DNA from: Rhodospirillaceae bacterium
GTDB taxonomy: Bacteria > Pseudomonadota > Alphaproteobacteria > SMXQ01
Length of the DNA: 64,000 bases
NCBI GenBank assembly: GCA_947474495.1
Contig: CANJIM010000002.1
Location: 14,978 to 78,977, forward strand
Direction of reading: 5' to 3'
A program made the position numbers and the translations under genes. This document shows, piece by piece, positions 17,019 through 28,763 of the stretch. A model generated the notes under the pieces. The model worked only from the letters and a program-made list of their open reading frames with translations. It made no database searches and was not told the DNA's origin. How positions within the stretch are numbered: the stretch's first letter is position 1; each line of letters begins with the position of its first letter.

Positions 17019-20000
17019 GTGATCTTTCGCTCAATCTATTATCCGGCGCGACCGACGCCCCTGAAGACGCGCTGCGGCCCGACCGCACCGTCTGGGTGGC
17101 GGCTTCCGCCGGCGCCGGCAAAACGACGATTCTCACGCGCCGCGTGCTGAGCCTGCTGGTGCATGGTACGCCGCCAGGCCGCATCCTCTGTCTCACCTTC
17201 ACCAAGGCGGCGGCGGCGGAGATGGCGCTGCGCGTGAATTTGCGTCTCGGCGCCTGGGCGGCATCGGACGACAAGACGCTGACGGGCGAGTTGCGCGATC
17301 TGTTGGGCCGCGCGCCTGCGCCCCAGGAAAAGCGCCGCGCCCGCGCCTTGTTCGGCGATGTGCTCGACGTGCCGGGCGGCATGAAGATCCAGACCATTCA
17401 TGCCTTCTGCCAATCGCTGCTGCGCCGCTTCCCCATCGAGTCGGGTCTCGCGCCCCACTTCGAGGTGATGGACGAGCGCACGGCCGCCGAACTGATGCTC
17501 GGCGCACGCGACGATCTCTTGCGCGCGGCGCGTCTCGCGCCGAGCGGCCCAATCGGCGCGGCGTTGAGCGTGGTGACGGCGGCGACCGATGAAGAGTCCT
17601 TTTCCAAGCTGATGGCCGAATTGGCCAGCGCGCGTGGCCGTCTCAAGCGCCTGTTCGATGCCCGCGGCGGCGCGGTGGGCACGCTGACTGCCTTACGCGC
17701 GCGCCTGGGCTTGCGCGATGGCGAGACCGTCGACTCGATCAAACGCGCCGCCGTCTCCGATGCGGCGTTGCCGCTCGCCGAGCTCAAGGCCATGGTGCAG
17801 GCGTTCGCCACGGGCACCGAGGCGCAGAAGAAAAACAGCGGCAAGATCGACGGCTATCTTGTCGGCGCAGATGCGCGCCTCGCCGATTTCGACGGCTATT
17901 GCAGCATCTTCCTCACTGCCGAGGGCGCGCCGCGCAAGATGGCGGGCATCGTCGGCAAGACGCTGGCCGGCACGACGACGTTCGTCGAGACGCTGGACAA
18001 CGAAGCGGCGCGGTTGATCGCTGTTTGCGGCCGCCTGCGTGCCGCCCGGCTCGCCGAACTGGGCGCGGCGCTGCTCACCCTGGCCGGCCATCTGCTTGCC
18101 GCCTACGAGCGGCACAAGTCGCGCCGTGCCACGCTCGATTACGACGATCTCATTCTCAAGACCCGCGATTTGCTGCAGGGCGAGGGCGAGCTGGCGGCGA
18201 GTGCCGCCGCCTGGGTGCTGTTCAAGCTCGATGGCGGCCTCGACCATATCCTGGTCGACGAGGCGCAGGACACCAGCCCCGAGCAATGGGACGTCGTCGC
18301 TTCGGTCGCCGAGGAATTCTTCGCCGGCGAGGGCGCGCGTGAACGGCCGCGCACGGTCTTCGTCGTTGGCGATCTCAAGCAGTCGATCTACAGCTTCCAG
18401 GGCGCCGACCCGGACGCCTTCTTGCGCATGCGTGGCCATTTCCAGGAGCGGGCGCGCCGCGCTGAGACTTGGCGCGAGACGGACCTGTTGATGTCTTACC
18501 GCTCGACCGATGCGGTGCTGCGCGCCGTCGACGCCGTGTTCGCGCGCGATCCCGCCCGCATCGGCGTTGCTGAGGGCGGTCAGACCGTGAAGCACAATCT
18601 CAAGCGCATTGGCCAGGCGGGCATCGTCGAGCTGTGGCCGGCGGTGACGCCGCGCGATGCGCCCTTGCTCACGCCCTGGGCTTCGCCGACCGAGACCGAT
18701 GCCGGCGATTCGCCGCAGGCGCGTCTGGCCGCGGTGATCGCCGCGCGTATCGCCGCCTGGGTCGGCCATGAGAAGCTCGAAAGCTATGACCGCCCGGTGC
18801 GGGCCGGTGACGTCATGGTGTTGGTGCGCCGGCGCACCGGCTTCGTCAGTGAATTGGTGCGCGGCCTCAAGGCGCGCGGCGTGCCGGTGGCCGGCGTCGA
18901 CCGCATGGTGCTGACCGAACAGCTCGCCGTCATGGACCTCATCGCCTTCGGCCAGTTCCTGCTGCTGCCGGACGACGACCTGACCCTGGCGACCGTGCTG
19001 AAAAGCCCGCTCGTTGGCCTGAATGAAGAGCAGCTCTATGAGATCGCCCATGGCCGCGCCCGCCTGAGCCTGTGGGATGCGCTGACCAAGCGCGCGTCTA
19101 AGGATGCGGCGGACGGCGCGTTCAAGACCGCCCACGCACTACTCGCGCGCTTCCTGGCGCTCGCTGATTACCTGCGGCCTTACGAGCTCTATAGCGAGCT
19201 TCTGGTGCGCGATGGCGGGCGCGGCAAATTGCTGGCGCGGCTCGGCATCGAGGCGGAAGACCCGATCGCTGAATTTCTCAATCGCGCCCTCGGTTACGAG
19301 CGCGAGGCCGCGCCGTCATTGCAGGGCTTCCTCCATTGGTTTTCAGCCGGCGATGCCGAGATCAAGCGCGATCTGGAACAGACCGTGCGCGACGAGGTGC
19401 GCATCATGACGGTACATGGCGCCAAGGGCTTGCAGGCGCCGATCGTCATCCTGCCTGACACCATGCAGGTGCCGACGCGCCATGATCCGTTGTTGTGGAC
19501 GGCGCTCGACGAGCAGGACGACGATCCGGCCTTGCCGCGCCTGCCGTTGTGGCCGCCGCGCGTCGCGGACGACGATGCGGTCGCTGCCGCCGCGCGTGCT
19601 CGCGCAGCGCAGCGGCGCGACGAGGAATATCGCCGGCTCTTGTATGTCGCGCTGACGCGGGCCGAGGACCGGCTCTATGTTTGCGGCTGGCAGACGCGCA
19701 AAGCGCCGCCGCCGGGCTGCTGGTACAATTTGGTCAATGACGGCTTGCAGGCGCTCGCCGAAGAGGGGGCCGTGCAGGCGGCGCCGTTCGATTTCACCGC
19801 GTTGACGCCGGAAGGCTGGTCTGGCGTCGGCTTGCGCCTGGCGCATGTGCAGTCGAAGGCGCCCGATAAGGCGCGCGACGATCATGGCGCGCCGCCGCCG
19901 AAACTTGCGCCGCTTGAAGATTGGGCGCGCGTTCCGGCCAAGCCGGAGGAGCGTCCATCGCGGCCGCTGGCGCCGTCGAAGCCCGATCCGGCGAGCGAGG

Positions 20001-20554
20001 CGGAGCCCGCCATGCTGTCGCCCTTCGCCGCCGAAGATGACGGCGCGCGGTTCCAACGCGGTCTGCTGATCCATCGCCTGTTGCAGAGCTTGCCGGATGT
20101 CGCGCCGGACCAGCGCGCGCCGGCGGCGGCGCGTTATCTCGCGCGGCCGTTGTGGAACCTGAGCACGGCGCAGCAGAGCGCCATCGCCGGCGAAGCCTTG
20201 CGCGTGTTGACCGATGGGCGCTTCGCGGCCTTGTTCGGCGACGGCAGCCGCGCGGAAGTCTCCATCGCCGGCCAGGTCGGCGACATGACGATCAGCGGCC
20301 AGATCGATCGGCTCGTCGCCTTGGAGGGTCGCGTGCTGGTGGTCGATTACAAGAGCAACCGGCCGCCACCGACGCGCGTGGAAGATGTTCCCGCGATCTA
20401 TCTGCGCCAGCTCGCCGCTTACCGGGCGCTGCTCGCGCAGATTTACGTCGGCCGCCGCATCGACTGCGTGCTGTTGTGGACCGACGGGCCGCTGTGGATG
20501 GAAATCCCGCCAGCCCTGCTCGACGCCGCCACGCCGGGCCATGGAACGGTCTGA
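17015..20554 (+). CDS. addA: Double-strand break repair helicase-nuclease AddA
   Basis: ASAGAGKT, ILCLTFTKAAAAEM, IQTIHAFC, LVDEAQDT, IMTVHGAKGLQAP, GQIDRL...VDYKSNR. Confidence 0.95.
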   Translation: MSDLSLNLLSGATDAPEDALRPDRTVWVAASAGAGKTTILTRRVLSLLVHGTPPGRILCLTFTKAAAAEMALRVNLRLGAWAASDDKTLTGELRDLLGRAPAPQEKRRARALFGDVLDVPGGMKIQTIHAFCQSLLRRFPIESGLAPHFEVMDERTAAELMLGARDDLLRAARLAPSGPIGAALSVVTAATDEESFSKLMAELASARGRLKRLFDARGGAVGTLTALRARLGLRDGETVDSIKRAAVSDAALPLAELKAMVQAFATGTEAQKKNSGKIDGYLVGADARLADFDGYCSIFLTAEGAPRKMAGIVGKTLAGTTTFVETLDNEAARLIAVCGRLRAARLAELGAALLTLAGHLLAAYERHKSRRATLDYDDLILKTRDLLQGEGELAASAAAWVLFKLDGGLDHILVDEAQDTSPEQWDVVASVAEEFFAGEGARERPRTVFVVGDLKQSIYSFQGADPDAFLRMRGHFQERARRAETWRETDLLMSYRSTDAVLRAVDAVFARDPARIGVAEGGQTVKHNLKRIGQAGIVELWPAVTPRDAPLLTPWASPTETDAGDSPQARLAAVIAARIAAWVGHEKLESYDRPVRAGDVMVLVRRRTGFVSELVRGLKARGVPVAGVDRMVLTEQLAVMDLIAFGQFLLLPDDDLTLATVLKSPLVGLNEEQLYEIAHGRARLSLWDALTKRASKDAADGAFKTAHALLARFLALADYLRPYELYSELLVRDGGRGKLLARLGIEAEDPIAEFLNRALGYEREAAPSLQGFLHWFSAGDAEIKRDLEQTVRDEVRIMTVHGAKGLQAPIVILPDTMQVPTRHDPLLWTALDEQDDDPALPRLPLWPPRVADDDAVAAAARARAAQRRDEEYRRLLYVALTRAEDRLYVCGWQTRKAPPPGCWYNLVNDGLQALAEEGAVQAAPFDFTALTPEGWSGVGLRLAHVQSKAPDKARDDHGAPPPKLAPLEDWARVPAKPEERPSRPLAPSKPDPASEAEPAMLSPFAAEDDGARFQRGLLIHRLLQSLPDVAPDQRAPAAARYLARPLWNLSTAQQSAIAGEALRVLTDGRFAALFGDGSRAEVSIAGQVGDMTISGQIDRLVALEGRVLVVDYKSNRPPPTRVEDVPAIYLRQLAAYRALLAQIYVGRRIDCVLLWTDGPLWMEIPPALLDAATPGHGTV

Positions 20555-20609
20555 AAGCCTTACGGGCGGCGGCTCTCCGGCGTACCCCGGTCACTTACCG
20601 GACGGTGCC

Positions 20610-20638
20610 TTGACGCCCTCGGGGGCGAGCCCTAGATT
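20610..20638 (+). promoter_or_regulatory. Promoter of trxA (sigma70- or RpoH-type)
   Basis: TTGACG-N17-TAGATT; in the wider context CTTGAC...CCTAGAT it also fits RpoH. Confidence 0.55.
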
Positions 20639-20694
20639 TAATCCAGCAGCCGGCGGTTCGCCCGGACTTTTCCCTCACGTTTCAAGGATTTATC

Positions 20695-21015
20695 ATGGGT
20701 TTGAAGCAGGTCTCCGACGCCTCGTTCGAAGCGGATGTGCTGAAGGCCGATCAGCCCGTGCTGGTCGATTTCTGGGCCGAGTGGTGCGGCCCCTGCAAGC
20801 AGATCGCGCCGGCGCTCGAAGAGATCGCCAAGGACATGGAAGGTCAGGTGACGATCGCCAAGATCAACATCGACCAGAACGGCGGCACGCCGACGAAATA
20901 CGGCGTGCGCGGCATTCCGACGCTGATGCTGTTCAAGAACGGCCAAGTCGCGGCGACCAAGGTCGGCGCCATGCCGAAGACGGCGCTGCAGGAATGGGTG
21001 AAGTCGGTGCTCTAA
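20695..21015 (+). CDS. trxA: Thioredoxin
   Basis: [12 protein letters not shown] active site, YGVRGIPTL; follows addA. Confidence 0.97.
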   Translation: MGLKQVSDASFEADVLKADQPVLVDFWAEWCGPCKQIAPALEEIAKDMEGQVTIAKINIDQNGGTPTKYGVRGIPTLMLFKNGQVAATKVGAMPKTALQEWVKSVL

Positions 21016-21035
21016 GCGCCGCTCACAGGAGATAC

Positions 21036-21067
21036 AAAAAACCCCGCCAGCGATGGCGGGGTTTTTT
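21036..21067. terminator. Bidirectional intrinsic terminator between trxA and folC
   Basis: AAAAAACCCCGCCA-GCGA-TGGCGGGGTTTTTT perfect hairpin with A and T tails, between convergent genes. Confidence 0.88.
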
Positions 21068-22361
21068 ATGACCCGTTCTCGCTGAGCACATGGCCCGCGA
21101 GATAGAGCGAGCCGCAGATCAGGATGCGGGTGGGGCGCTCCAAGCCGAGCGTGAGATCGAGCAGCGCCAGGGCGAGCGACGGCGCGGGCGGCGCGTCGAG
21201 GCCGGCGCGCTTCGCCGCCGCTGCCGTTTCCGCAGCGCTCAGCGTCGCCTCGGCGCCGGGGATCGAGACTGAGCGGGCGGCGGCGACATGCTGTGCCAGT
21301 GGCGCGAAGAAGCCCGCCGCATCCTTGGTGCGCAAGAGCCCGGCGACGATCATCAGGGATTTGTCAGACCAGCGCCGCGCCTGGGCGGCGAGCGCTTCGC
21401 CGGCTGACGGATTGTGGCCACCGTCGAGCCATAGCTCGACATGGGGCGGCAGGCGTTCGACCAAGGGGCCCTTGGTCAGGCGCTGCAGGCGCCCCGGCCA
21501 TTCGGCGGCTTTTATGCCGTCGCGCAGCGCGCTCGACGGCAGGTCAATGCCGGCCAACTTGTCGAGCGCCGCGACGGCGGTGCCGGCGTTGATGATCTGA
21601 TGCAGGCCGACGAGGTTGGGCAGCGGCAGCGCGATATTGCGGCCGCCGCTTTGCCAGATGAGGGTGCCGTCTTCGACCGTGGCGATCCATTCCTTGCCCC
21701 AGCGCGACAGCGGCGCGCCGATCTCCTCGGCGCGCGCTTCGATCACGGCGAGCGCTTCGGGCGCCTGCGGGCCGATCACAGCGGGCACGCCGGGCTTGAG
21801 GATACCGGCCTTCTCGAAGGCGATCTTCCCCAGCGTGTCGCCGAGATATTGCTCGTGATCCATCGACACCGGCGTGATGACGGTGGCGAGCGGCGCATCA
21901 ATTACGTTGGTGGCGTCGAAGCGGCCGCCGAGCCCCACCTCGAGCAGCGTCACGTCGGCCGGCGTTTCGGCGAAGGCGAGATAGGCCGCCGCCGTGGTGA
22001 TCTCGAAATAGGTGATGTTCTCGCCGTCGTTGGCACGCTCGCAACGCTCGAGGGTTTCGAGCAAGGCCTCTTCGCTGATGAGTGTGCCGGCGAGGCGCAC
22101 GCGCTCATGGAAACGCACGAGATGCGGCGAGGTATAGACATGGACGCGCTTGCCGGCGGCTTCGAGCATGGCGCGCAGGAACGCCACCGTGGAGCCTTTG
22201 CCGTTGGTGCCGGCGACATGGATGATCGGCGGCATCTTGCGCTCCGGATGGCCGAGCTTGGCGAGCAGCCGCCGGGTGCGGTCTAGCGACAGGTCGATGA
22301 TCTTGGGATGCAGGCGCTGCAGCCGTTCGAGAACGACGTCGCTGCGAGCCTGATCGGCCAT
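21066..22361 (-). CDS. folC: Folylpolyglutamate/dihydrofolate synthase
   Basis: HVAGTNGKGST, YTSPHLVRFHER, EVGLGGRFDATN, LDGGHNP, ICGSLYLAG. Confidence 0.95.
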   Translation of the reverse strand: MADQARSDVVLERLQRLHPKIIDLSLDRTRRLLAKLGHPERKMPPIIHVAGTNGKGSTVAFLRAMLEAAGKRVHVYTSPHLVRFHERVRLAGTLISEEALLETLERCERANDGENITYFEITTAAAYLAFAETPADVTLLEVGLGGRFDATNVIDAPLATVITPVSMDHEQYLGDTLGKIAFEKAGILKPGVPAVIGPQAPEALAVIEARAEEIGAPLSRWGKEWIATVEDGTLIWQSGGRNIALPLPNLVGLHQIINAGTAVAALDKLAGIDLPSSALRDGIKAAEWPGRLQRLTKGPLVERLPPHVELWLDGGHNPSAGEALAAQARRWSDKSLMIVAGLLRTKDAAGFFAPLAQHVAAARSVSIPGAEATLSAAETAAAAKRAGLDAPPAPSLALALLDLTLGLERPTRILICGSLYLAGHVLSENGS

Positions 22362-22380
22362 TGCGATTAGCGCGCGACCA

Positions 22381-23334
22381 TTAACGCGCAGGAGGCCGGG
22401 GACGACCTTTTCCGGCGGTGGGAATGGTCAGATCGCTTGGCAGCGACACGACATCGGCCGCCGGCGTGCGGTTGAGCAGCAGCGCGAGGATGCGGCTCAG
22501 GGTCTCGCGCAGGTCCTTGCGGTGCACCACCATGTCGACCATGCCATGCTCAAGCAGATATTCGGCGCGCTGGAAGCCGGGCGGCAGTTTTTCGCGGATG
22601 GTCTCTTCGATCACGCGGGCGCCGGCGAAGCCGATGATGGCGCCCGGCTCGGCCAGCGCGATGTCGCCGAGCATGGCGAAGCTGGCGGTGACACCGCCGG
22701 TGGTCGGGTCGGTCAGCACGACGATGTAGGGCAAGCCGGCGTCGCGCACCATCTCGACGGCGACGGTGGTGCGCGGCATCTGCATCAGCGAGAGCGCACC
22801 TTCCTGCATGCGGGCGCCGCCCGACGACGGGAAGACGATCAGCGGCGCTTCCTGCAGCACGGCGAGTTTGGCGGCGGCCACCAGGCCTTCGCCGACGCCC
22901 GAGCCCATCGAGCCGCCCATGAAGCGGAAGTCGAAGGCGGCCATCACGGCGGGAATGCCGCCGATCTTGCCGTGCGCCACGACGATGGCGTCTTTCAGGC
23001 CGGTCTTGTGTTGCGATTCCTTGAGGCGGTCGGAATATTTCTTCTGATCGCGGAATTTCAGCGGATCGATGACGGTGTCGGGCAGTTCGATGCGGGTGTA
23101 TTTGCCGTCATCGAACAGCATGGCGAGGCGCTGATCGCCGCCGATGCGCATGTGATGGCCGCAATGAGTGCAGACATAGAGGTTCGCCGCGAGATCGCGA
23201 TGGAACACCATCTGCTCGCAGGCCCGGCACTTCTGCCAGAGGTTGTCCGGCACGTCCTCTTTCTTGACGAGGGCGCGGATCTTCGGGCGGACGAAGTTGG
23301 TCAGCCAGTTCATCGCGGATTCTCCGGTGCTCAT
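22381..23334 (-). CDS. accD: Acetyl-CoA carboxylase carboxyltransferase beta subunit
   Basis: NLWQKC..C...C..C zinc finger, [25 protein letters not shown]. Confidence 0.96.
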   Translation of the reverse strand: MSTGESAMNWLTNFVRPKIRALVKKEDVPDNLWQKCRACEQMVFHRDLAANLYVCTHCGHHMRIGGDQRLAMLFDDGKYTRIELPDTVIDPLKFRDQKKYSDRLKESQHKTGLKDAIVVAHGKIGGIPAVMAAFDFRFMGGSMGSGVGEGLVAAAKLAVLQEAPLIVFPSSGGARMQEGALSLMQMPRTTVAVEMVRDAGLPYIVVLTDPTTGGVTASFAMLGDIALAEPGAIIGFAGARVIEETIREKLPPGFQRAEYLLEHGMVDMVVHRKDLRETLSRILALLLNRTPAADVVSLPSDLTIPTAGKGRPRPPAR

Positions 23335-24181
23335 GCCACGCGTCCTTTCGTCGCACGGGCGTGTCTGACGCCCTCGGCGAGTTGGCCGACGAAGGCCAGC
23401 GCCTTCGCTGATGTGTCTTTGGCGGGCTTGCCGGCGCCGTCGAGGCTGCCGGCGATCACTTGCACCAAGGCGGTGCCGACCACGGCAGCGTCGGCGACGC
23501 GGGCGATGTCGGCGGCCATGGCGGGCGACTTGATACCGAATCCGACGGCGACCGGCAGGGGCGTTTTGGCGCGCAGGCGGGCGACAGCCGACGCGACGGC
23601 CGTGTTGTCGGCGCTGGCGGCGCCGGTGATGCCGGCGATCGAGACGTAATAGATGAAGCCCGAGGTATGTTCGAGCACGGCGGGCAGGCGCTTCTCATCG
23701 GTCGTCGGCGTCGCCAGTCGGATGAAATGCAGGCCGGCCTTGAGGGCGGGAATGCAGAACTCGTCGTCTTCCTCGGGCGGCAGATCAACGACGATCATGC
23801 CGTCGACGCCGGCGGCGAGCGCATCGGCGATGAATTTGTCGACGCCGTAGATATAGATCGGGTTGTAGTAGCCCATCAGCACGATCGGCGTCGCCGCGTC
23901 CGCCTTGCGGAATTCGCGCACCATGTCGAGGGTGCGGGTCATGCGGCCGCCGGCTTTGAGGGCGCGCAGGCCGGCGGCCTGGATCGCCGGGCCGTCGGCC
24001 ATCGGATCGGTGAAGGGCATGCCGAGTTCGATGACGTCGGCGCCGGCGGCGGGCAGGCCCTTGAGGATGGCGAGCGCGGTGTCGAAGTCGGGATCGCAGG
24101 CCATGGTGAAGGTCACCAGGCCGGCGCGTCCCTCGGTCTTCAACGCGGCGAAGCGCGCCGCCATCCGGTCGCTCTTCACGC

Positions 24182-24185
<4 letters not shown>
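23331..24185 (-). CDS. trpA: Tryptophan synthase alpha chain
   Basis: [42 protein letters not shown]; GTG start overlaps the trpB stop. Confidence 0.95.
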
Positions 24186-25438
<1,253 letters not shown>

Positions 25439-25504
25439 GGCTTCAGGTGGTAGCCCGTGCCCAGGGCCTTGGCAAGAGGGGGTTTTCGCTGGCCCGCCAA
25501 GGGT

Positions 25505-26152
25505 TTAAAGCGCCTTGGCGGCGGCCAGGAAGGCGGCGATCTTGGCCGGGTCCTTGAGGCCGGGATAGACCTCCACTCCGGAGGATACGTCGACCAGCCG
25601 GGCGCCGGTGGCGCGCACGGCTTCGCCGAGGTTTTCCGGGGTCAGGCCGCCCGACAGGAACCACGGGGTTTTCCAGCTGGTGCCGGCTAGCAGCGTCCAG
25701 TCGAAGCGGGCGGCGTTGCCGCCGGGCAGCGCGTTTGCCAAATCGGCTGACGGCTTGGCGTCGAACATCAGGTAGTCAGCTTGGCCTTCGAAGGCGCGCG
25801 CCCGCTCGATGTCCTCGGGGGCGCCGACCTTGATCGCCTTGATCACCGGCAGGCGGAAGGTGATGCGCAGCTCGTCGATGTTGCGCGGGCTTTCGCTGCC
25901 GTGGAACTGCAACACGTCGAGCGGCGTCTCGAGCATCACGCCATCGATCTCCATCGGATCGGCATCGACGAAAACGCCGACCTTCTTGATATGCGGCGGC
26001 ACCAGCTTGGCGAGTTGGCCGGCGTCTTGCGGCGCGATGTAGCGCGGGCTCGGCGGATAAAAAATAAAGCCGATGAACTCGGCGCCACCTTGCACAGCCG
26101 CTTCGAGCGCGATCCTCGAATTGATGCCGCAGATTTTTGCCGCCACGGACAT
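25505..26152 (-). CDS. trpF: Phosphoribosylanthranilate isomerase
   Basis: KICGI, GFIFYPPSPR, LQFHGSE, LSGGLTPEN, VDVSSGVE. Confidence 0.95.
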   Translation of the reverse strand: MSVAAKICGINSRIALEAAVQGGAEFIGFIFYPPSPRYIAPQDAGQLAKLVPPHIKKVGVFVDADPMEIDGVMLETPLDVLQFHGSESPRNIDELRITFRLPVIKAIKVGAPEDIERARAFEGQADYLMFDAKPSADLANALPGGNAARFDWTLLAGTSWKTPWFLSGGLTPENLGEAVRATGARLVDVSSGVEVYPGLKDPAKIAAFLAAAKAL

Positions 26153-26895
26153 TAGCTAGCCATCTTCCCAAGCATTTCTTCCGCGATGGCGCGGGCGGCG
26201 TCGGCGGGATTGTCGGCGCCGGTGATCGGCCGGCCGACGACGAGATCGCTGGCGCCAGCCTGAATGGCGTCGAGTGGACCCATGACGCGCTTCTGGTCGC
26301 CGACATCGGCGCCTTTCGGGCGGATGCCGGGCACCACGAGGCGGAAGTCGGGGCCGCATAAAGCCCGTAAAATGGCCGCTTCATGGGCCGAACAGACGAC
26401 GCCGTCGAGGCCGCAGGACTGCGTCAAGGCGGCGAGGCGCTTCACTTGGTCGGCAGCGGGCGGGGTCTGGCCGACGGCGGCAAGATCGGCATCGTCGAGA
26501 CTGGTGAGCACGGTGACGGCAATCACCAGCGGGCGCGCGATGCCGCGCTTGGCGGCTTCCTCGTCGGCAGCCTCTTTGGCGGCGCGCAGCATGGCGGGTC
26601 CGCCGGCTGCATGGACGTTGAGCATGTAAGGCGCGACGGCGAGCGCCGCGCGCACGGCCGAGGCGACCGTGTTGGGAATGTCGTGAAACTTGAGATCGAG
26701 GAACAGCCGCGACGCGGGAGCCTTCGCCTTGACCTTGGCGACGCCGGCCGGCCCGTGCGCTGAGAAGAATTCGAGTCCGAGCTTCAAGCTGGCGCCGGCG
26801 GGGGCGATGGCGGCGGCGAGTTGCTCGGCGCGGGCCAGGTCTTGCGTGTCGATGGCGACGTAAAGACGCGTCGCCATAGAAGCGGCATCGGTCAT
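26152..26895 (-). CDS. pyrF: Orotidine-5'-phosphate decarboxylase
   Basis: FLDLKFHDIPNTV, AVTVLTS, VVPGIRP, DQKRV, VGRPIT. Confidence 0.96.
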   Translation of the reverse strand: MTDAASMATRLYVAIDTQDLARAEQLAAAIAPAGASLKLGLEFFSAHGPAGVAKVKAKAPASRLFLDLKFHDIPNTVASAVRAALAVAPYMLNVHAAGGPAMLRAAKEAADEEAAKRGIARPLVIAVTVLTSLDDADLAAVGQTPPAADQVKRLAALTQSCGLDGVVCSAHEAAILRALCGPDFRLVVPGIRPKGADVGDQKRVMGPLDAIQAGASDLVVGRPITGADNPADAARAIAEEMLGKMAS

Positions 26896-26916
26896 CGTAA
26901 GAAATCCGTGATGGCG

Positions 26917-27276
26917 TTATTCGTAATTGGTGACGTTGAGACGGCGCATGGCCATCTCGGCGGAATCGGGGTCGCTATCGCCACCGCGCGCCATCGCCAG
27001 TTCGCGGCGCAGGCGGGCGTCCTCGGCCTCTAACTCGCGCAGGCGGCGGGCCAGCCGGCGCGCCTCGGCGCGATGGCGCAGGCTGTCGATCGAGGCGATC
27101 AGGCCGCCGACCAACAGGCCGAAGAACAGCGCAATGGTGACGGCGGCATAGAGCGGCATCTCGACGCTGTTGACCAGCGGCCACAGGCGCAAGGCGACGC
27201 TCTGCGGGTTGGACACGCCGAATGACATGGCGACGGCCAGCGCGGGGATGGCGACGATCCAGAACAGAAATTTCAT
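26917..27276 (-). CDS. LapA-domain (DUF1049-like) small membrane protein
   Basis: Two TM segments with N-x-x-x-V-x-L-x-L-W-P, then a coiled coil; sits between ihfB and pyrF. Confidence 0.7.
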   Translation of the reverse strand: MKFLFWIVAIPALAVAMSFGVSNPQSVALRLWPLVNSVEMPLYAAVTIALFFGLLVGGLIASIDSLRHRAEARRLARRLRELEAEDARLRRELAMARGGDSDPDSAEMAMRRLNVTNYE

Positions 27277-27381
27277 GGCCGTGCTTATAGCGCGAATCGC
27301 CGGGAAAGGCGAAGCGGGGGGATGGCAGAGCAGCTCTGAAAGCAGAGCCGGGCGGGGAGCGGTCCGTCGAAGAACGGCGGC

Positions 27382-27690
27382 CTATTCGTTGTCGTCGCCG
27401 CCGGTGGGCTTCTCGCCGTTCAGCCGTTCGCGCAGTTGCTTGCCGGTTTTGAAGAACGGCACGGCCTTTTCGGCGACTTGCACGGCGCTGCCGGTGCGCG
27501 GATTGCGCCCGACGCGCGAATCGCGCTTTTTCACGGAAAAGGCGCCGAAACCGCGCAATTCCACGCGATCGCCACGCCCGAGAGCCGTGGTGATCTCATC
27601 GAAAATCGCAGTCACGATGCGCTCAACGTCGCGGTGGTACAGGTGCGGGTTAAGCTCGGCGAGACGCAAGATCAATTCGGACTTGGTCAT
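27382..27690 (-). CDS. ihfB: Integration host factor beta subunit
   Basis: [41 protein letters not shown]. Confidence 0.96.
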   Translation of the reverse strand: MTKSELILRLAELNPHLYHRDVERIVTAIFDEITTALGRGDRVELRGFGAFSVKKRDSRVGRNPRTGSAVQVAEKAVPFFKTGKQLRERLNGEKPTGGDDNE

Positions 27691-27744
27691 TGGTCCCCTC
27701 GTTCATTCCCGGGCTTTTCGCCGGTTGATGGCCGGCCCCAGGCC

Positions 27745-28659
27745 TTACCGAAGGTCAGGGTGCCAAAGGGAAACCAGTCCGTCAAGTGTAAGCCGTTCAG
27801 AAAACAGCGCTTTTCCGGCTGCCTTGCCCAACATGCCGGGTAAATTGTCGCCCGGACGCTCCACTTTCAGCTCGCGGACGGGGGTGCTGCGGGGCACGCC
27901 GCGGGTCTCGGCCAGCCAATCGCGGGCCTCGGGCTCGCCGCCGATGGCGTCCACCAGCTTGTTTTCCACCGCCTGGCGCCCGGTATAGACCCGGCCGTCG
28001 CCGAGCTTCAGGGCGACGTCGTGGGGCAGATGGCGGCGGTCGGCGACCATGCCGACGAACATGTCGTACATGTCCATGACGACCTCGCGGGTGGCGGCGC
28101 GGCCGTCCGGCGTCAGCTTTTCGAACGGCGAGGGCGCGGCTTTGAGCGGCGCGCTCTTGATCGCCTCGGCTTCGATGCCGAGCTTGTCCATCAAGCCGGT
28201 GAATTCGGTGGTCTGCATGATGACGCCGATCGAGCCGGTGATCGTGCCGTTGCGCGCCAGGATGTAGTCGGCGCCGATCGCGGTCATATAGCCGCCGGAC
28301 GCGGCGAGCGTGCCCATGGTGGCGACGACCGGCTTCTTGGCGGCGATGTCGCGCAGGCGCTGATAGAGATTCTCGCCGCCGACGACGGTGCCGCCGGGGC
28401 TGTCGATGTAAACGATCAGCGCCTTGACGTTGGGATCGTCCATCGCCGCTTTCAGCGCCTCGTCGCGGGCGCGGTCGTCCGAGATAATGCCTTCGACCGA
28501 AAGACGCGCGATATGGCTTTTCGCCCATGGCGCCTCGCCGCGCTTGCCGACGGCGATCAGCGCCACGGCGAGCAATGCCAGCACGGCGAGGATGCGCCAC
28601 ACCGTCAGGCGGCGCTTGAGGCGGCGGCGGTCGATCAGCGCGTCGGTGTCGAGCGACAT
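27745..28659 (-). CDS. sppA: Signal peptide peptidase SppA (S49, short form)
   Basis: IDSPGGTV, AASGGY, TGSIGVI, DGRVYTGRQA...LVDAIG; N-terminal TM segment. Confidence 0.92.
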   Translation of the reverse strand: MSLDTDALIDRRRLKRRLTVWRILAVLALLAVALIAVGKRGEAPWAKSHIARLSVEGIISDDRARDEALKAAMDDPNVKALIVYIDSPGGTVVGGENLYQRLRDIAAKKPVVATMGTLAASGGYMTAIGADYILARNGTITGSIGVIMQTTEFTGLMDKLGIEAEAIKSAPLKAAPSPFEKLTPDGRAATREVVMDMYDMFVGMVADRRHLPHDVALKLGDGRVYTGRQAVENKLVDAIGGEPEARDWLAETRGVPRSTPVRELKVERPGDNLPGMLGKAAGKALFSERLTLDGLVSLWHPDLR

Positions 28660-28763
28660 GGCGGAAACCCCAGGATGGTTGATGGCGAAATTCTACGCTG
28701 GAATGGGAAACGCCGCACCGGTTTCCCGATGCGGCGTTTTCATAGTCGCGAAAGCTGCAAGAC

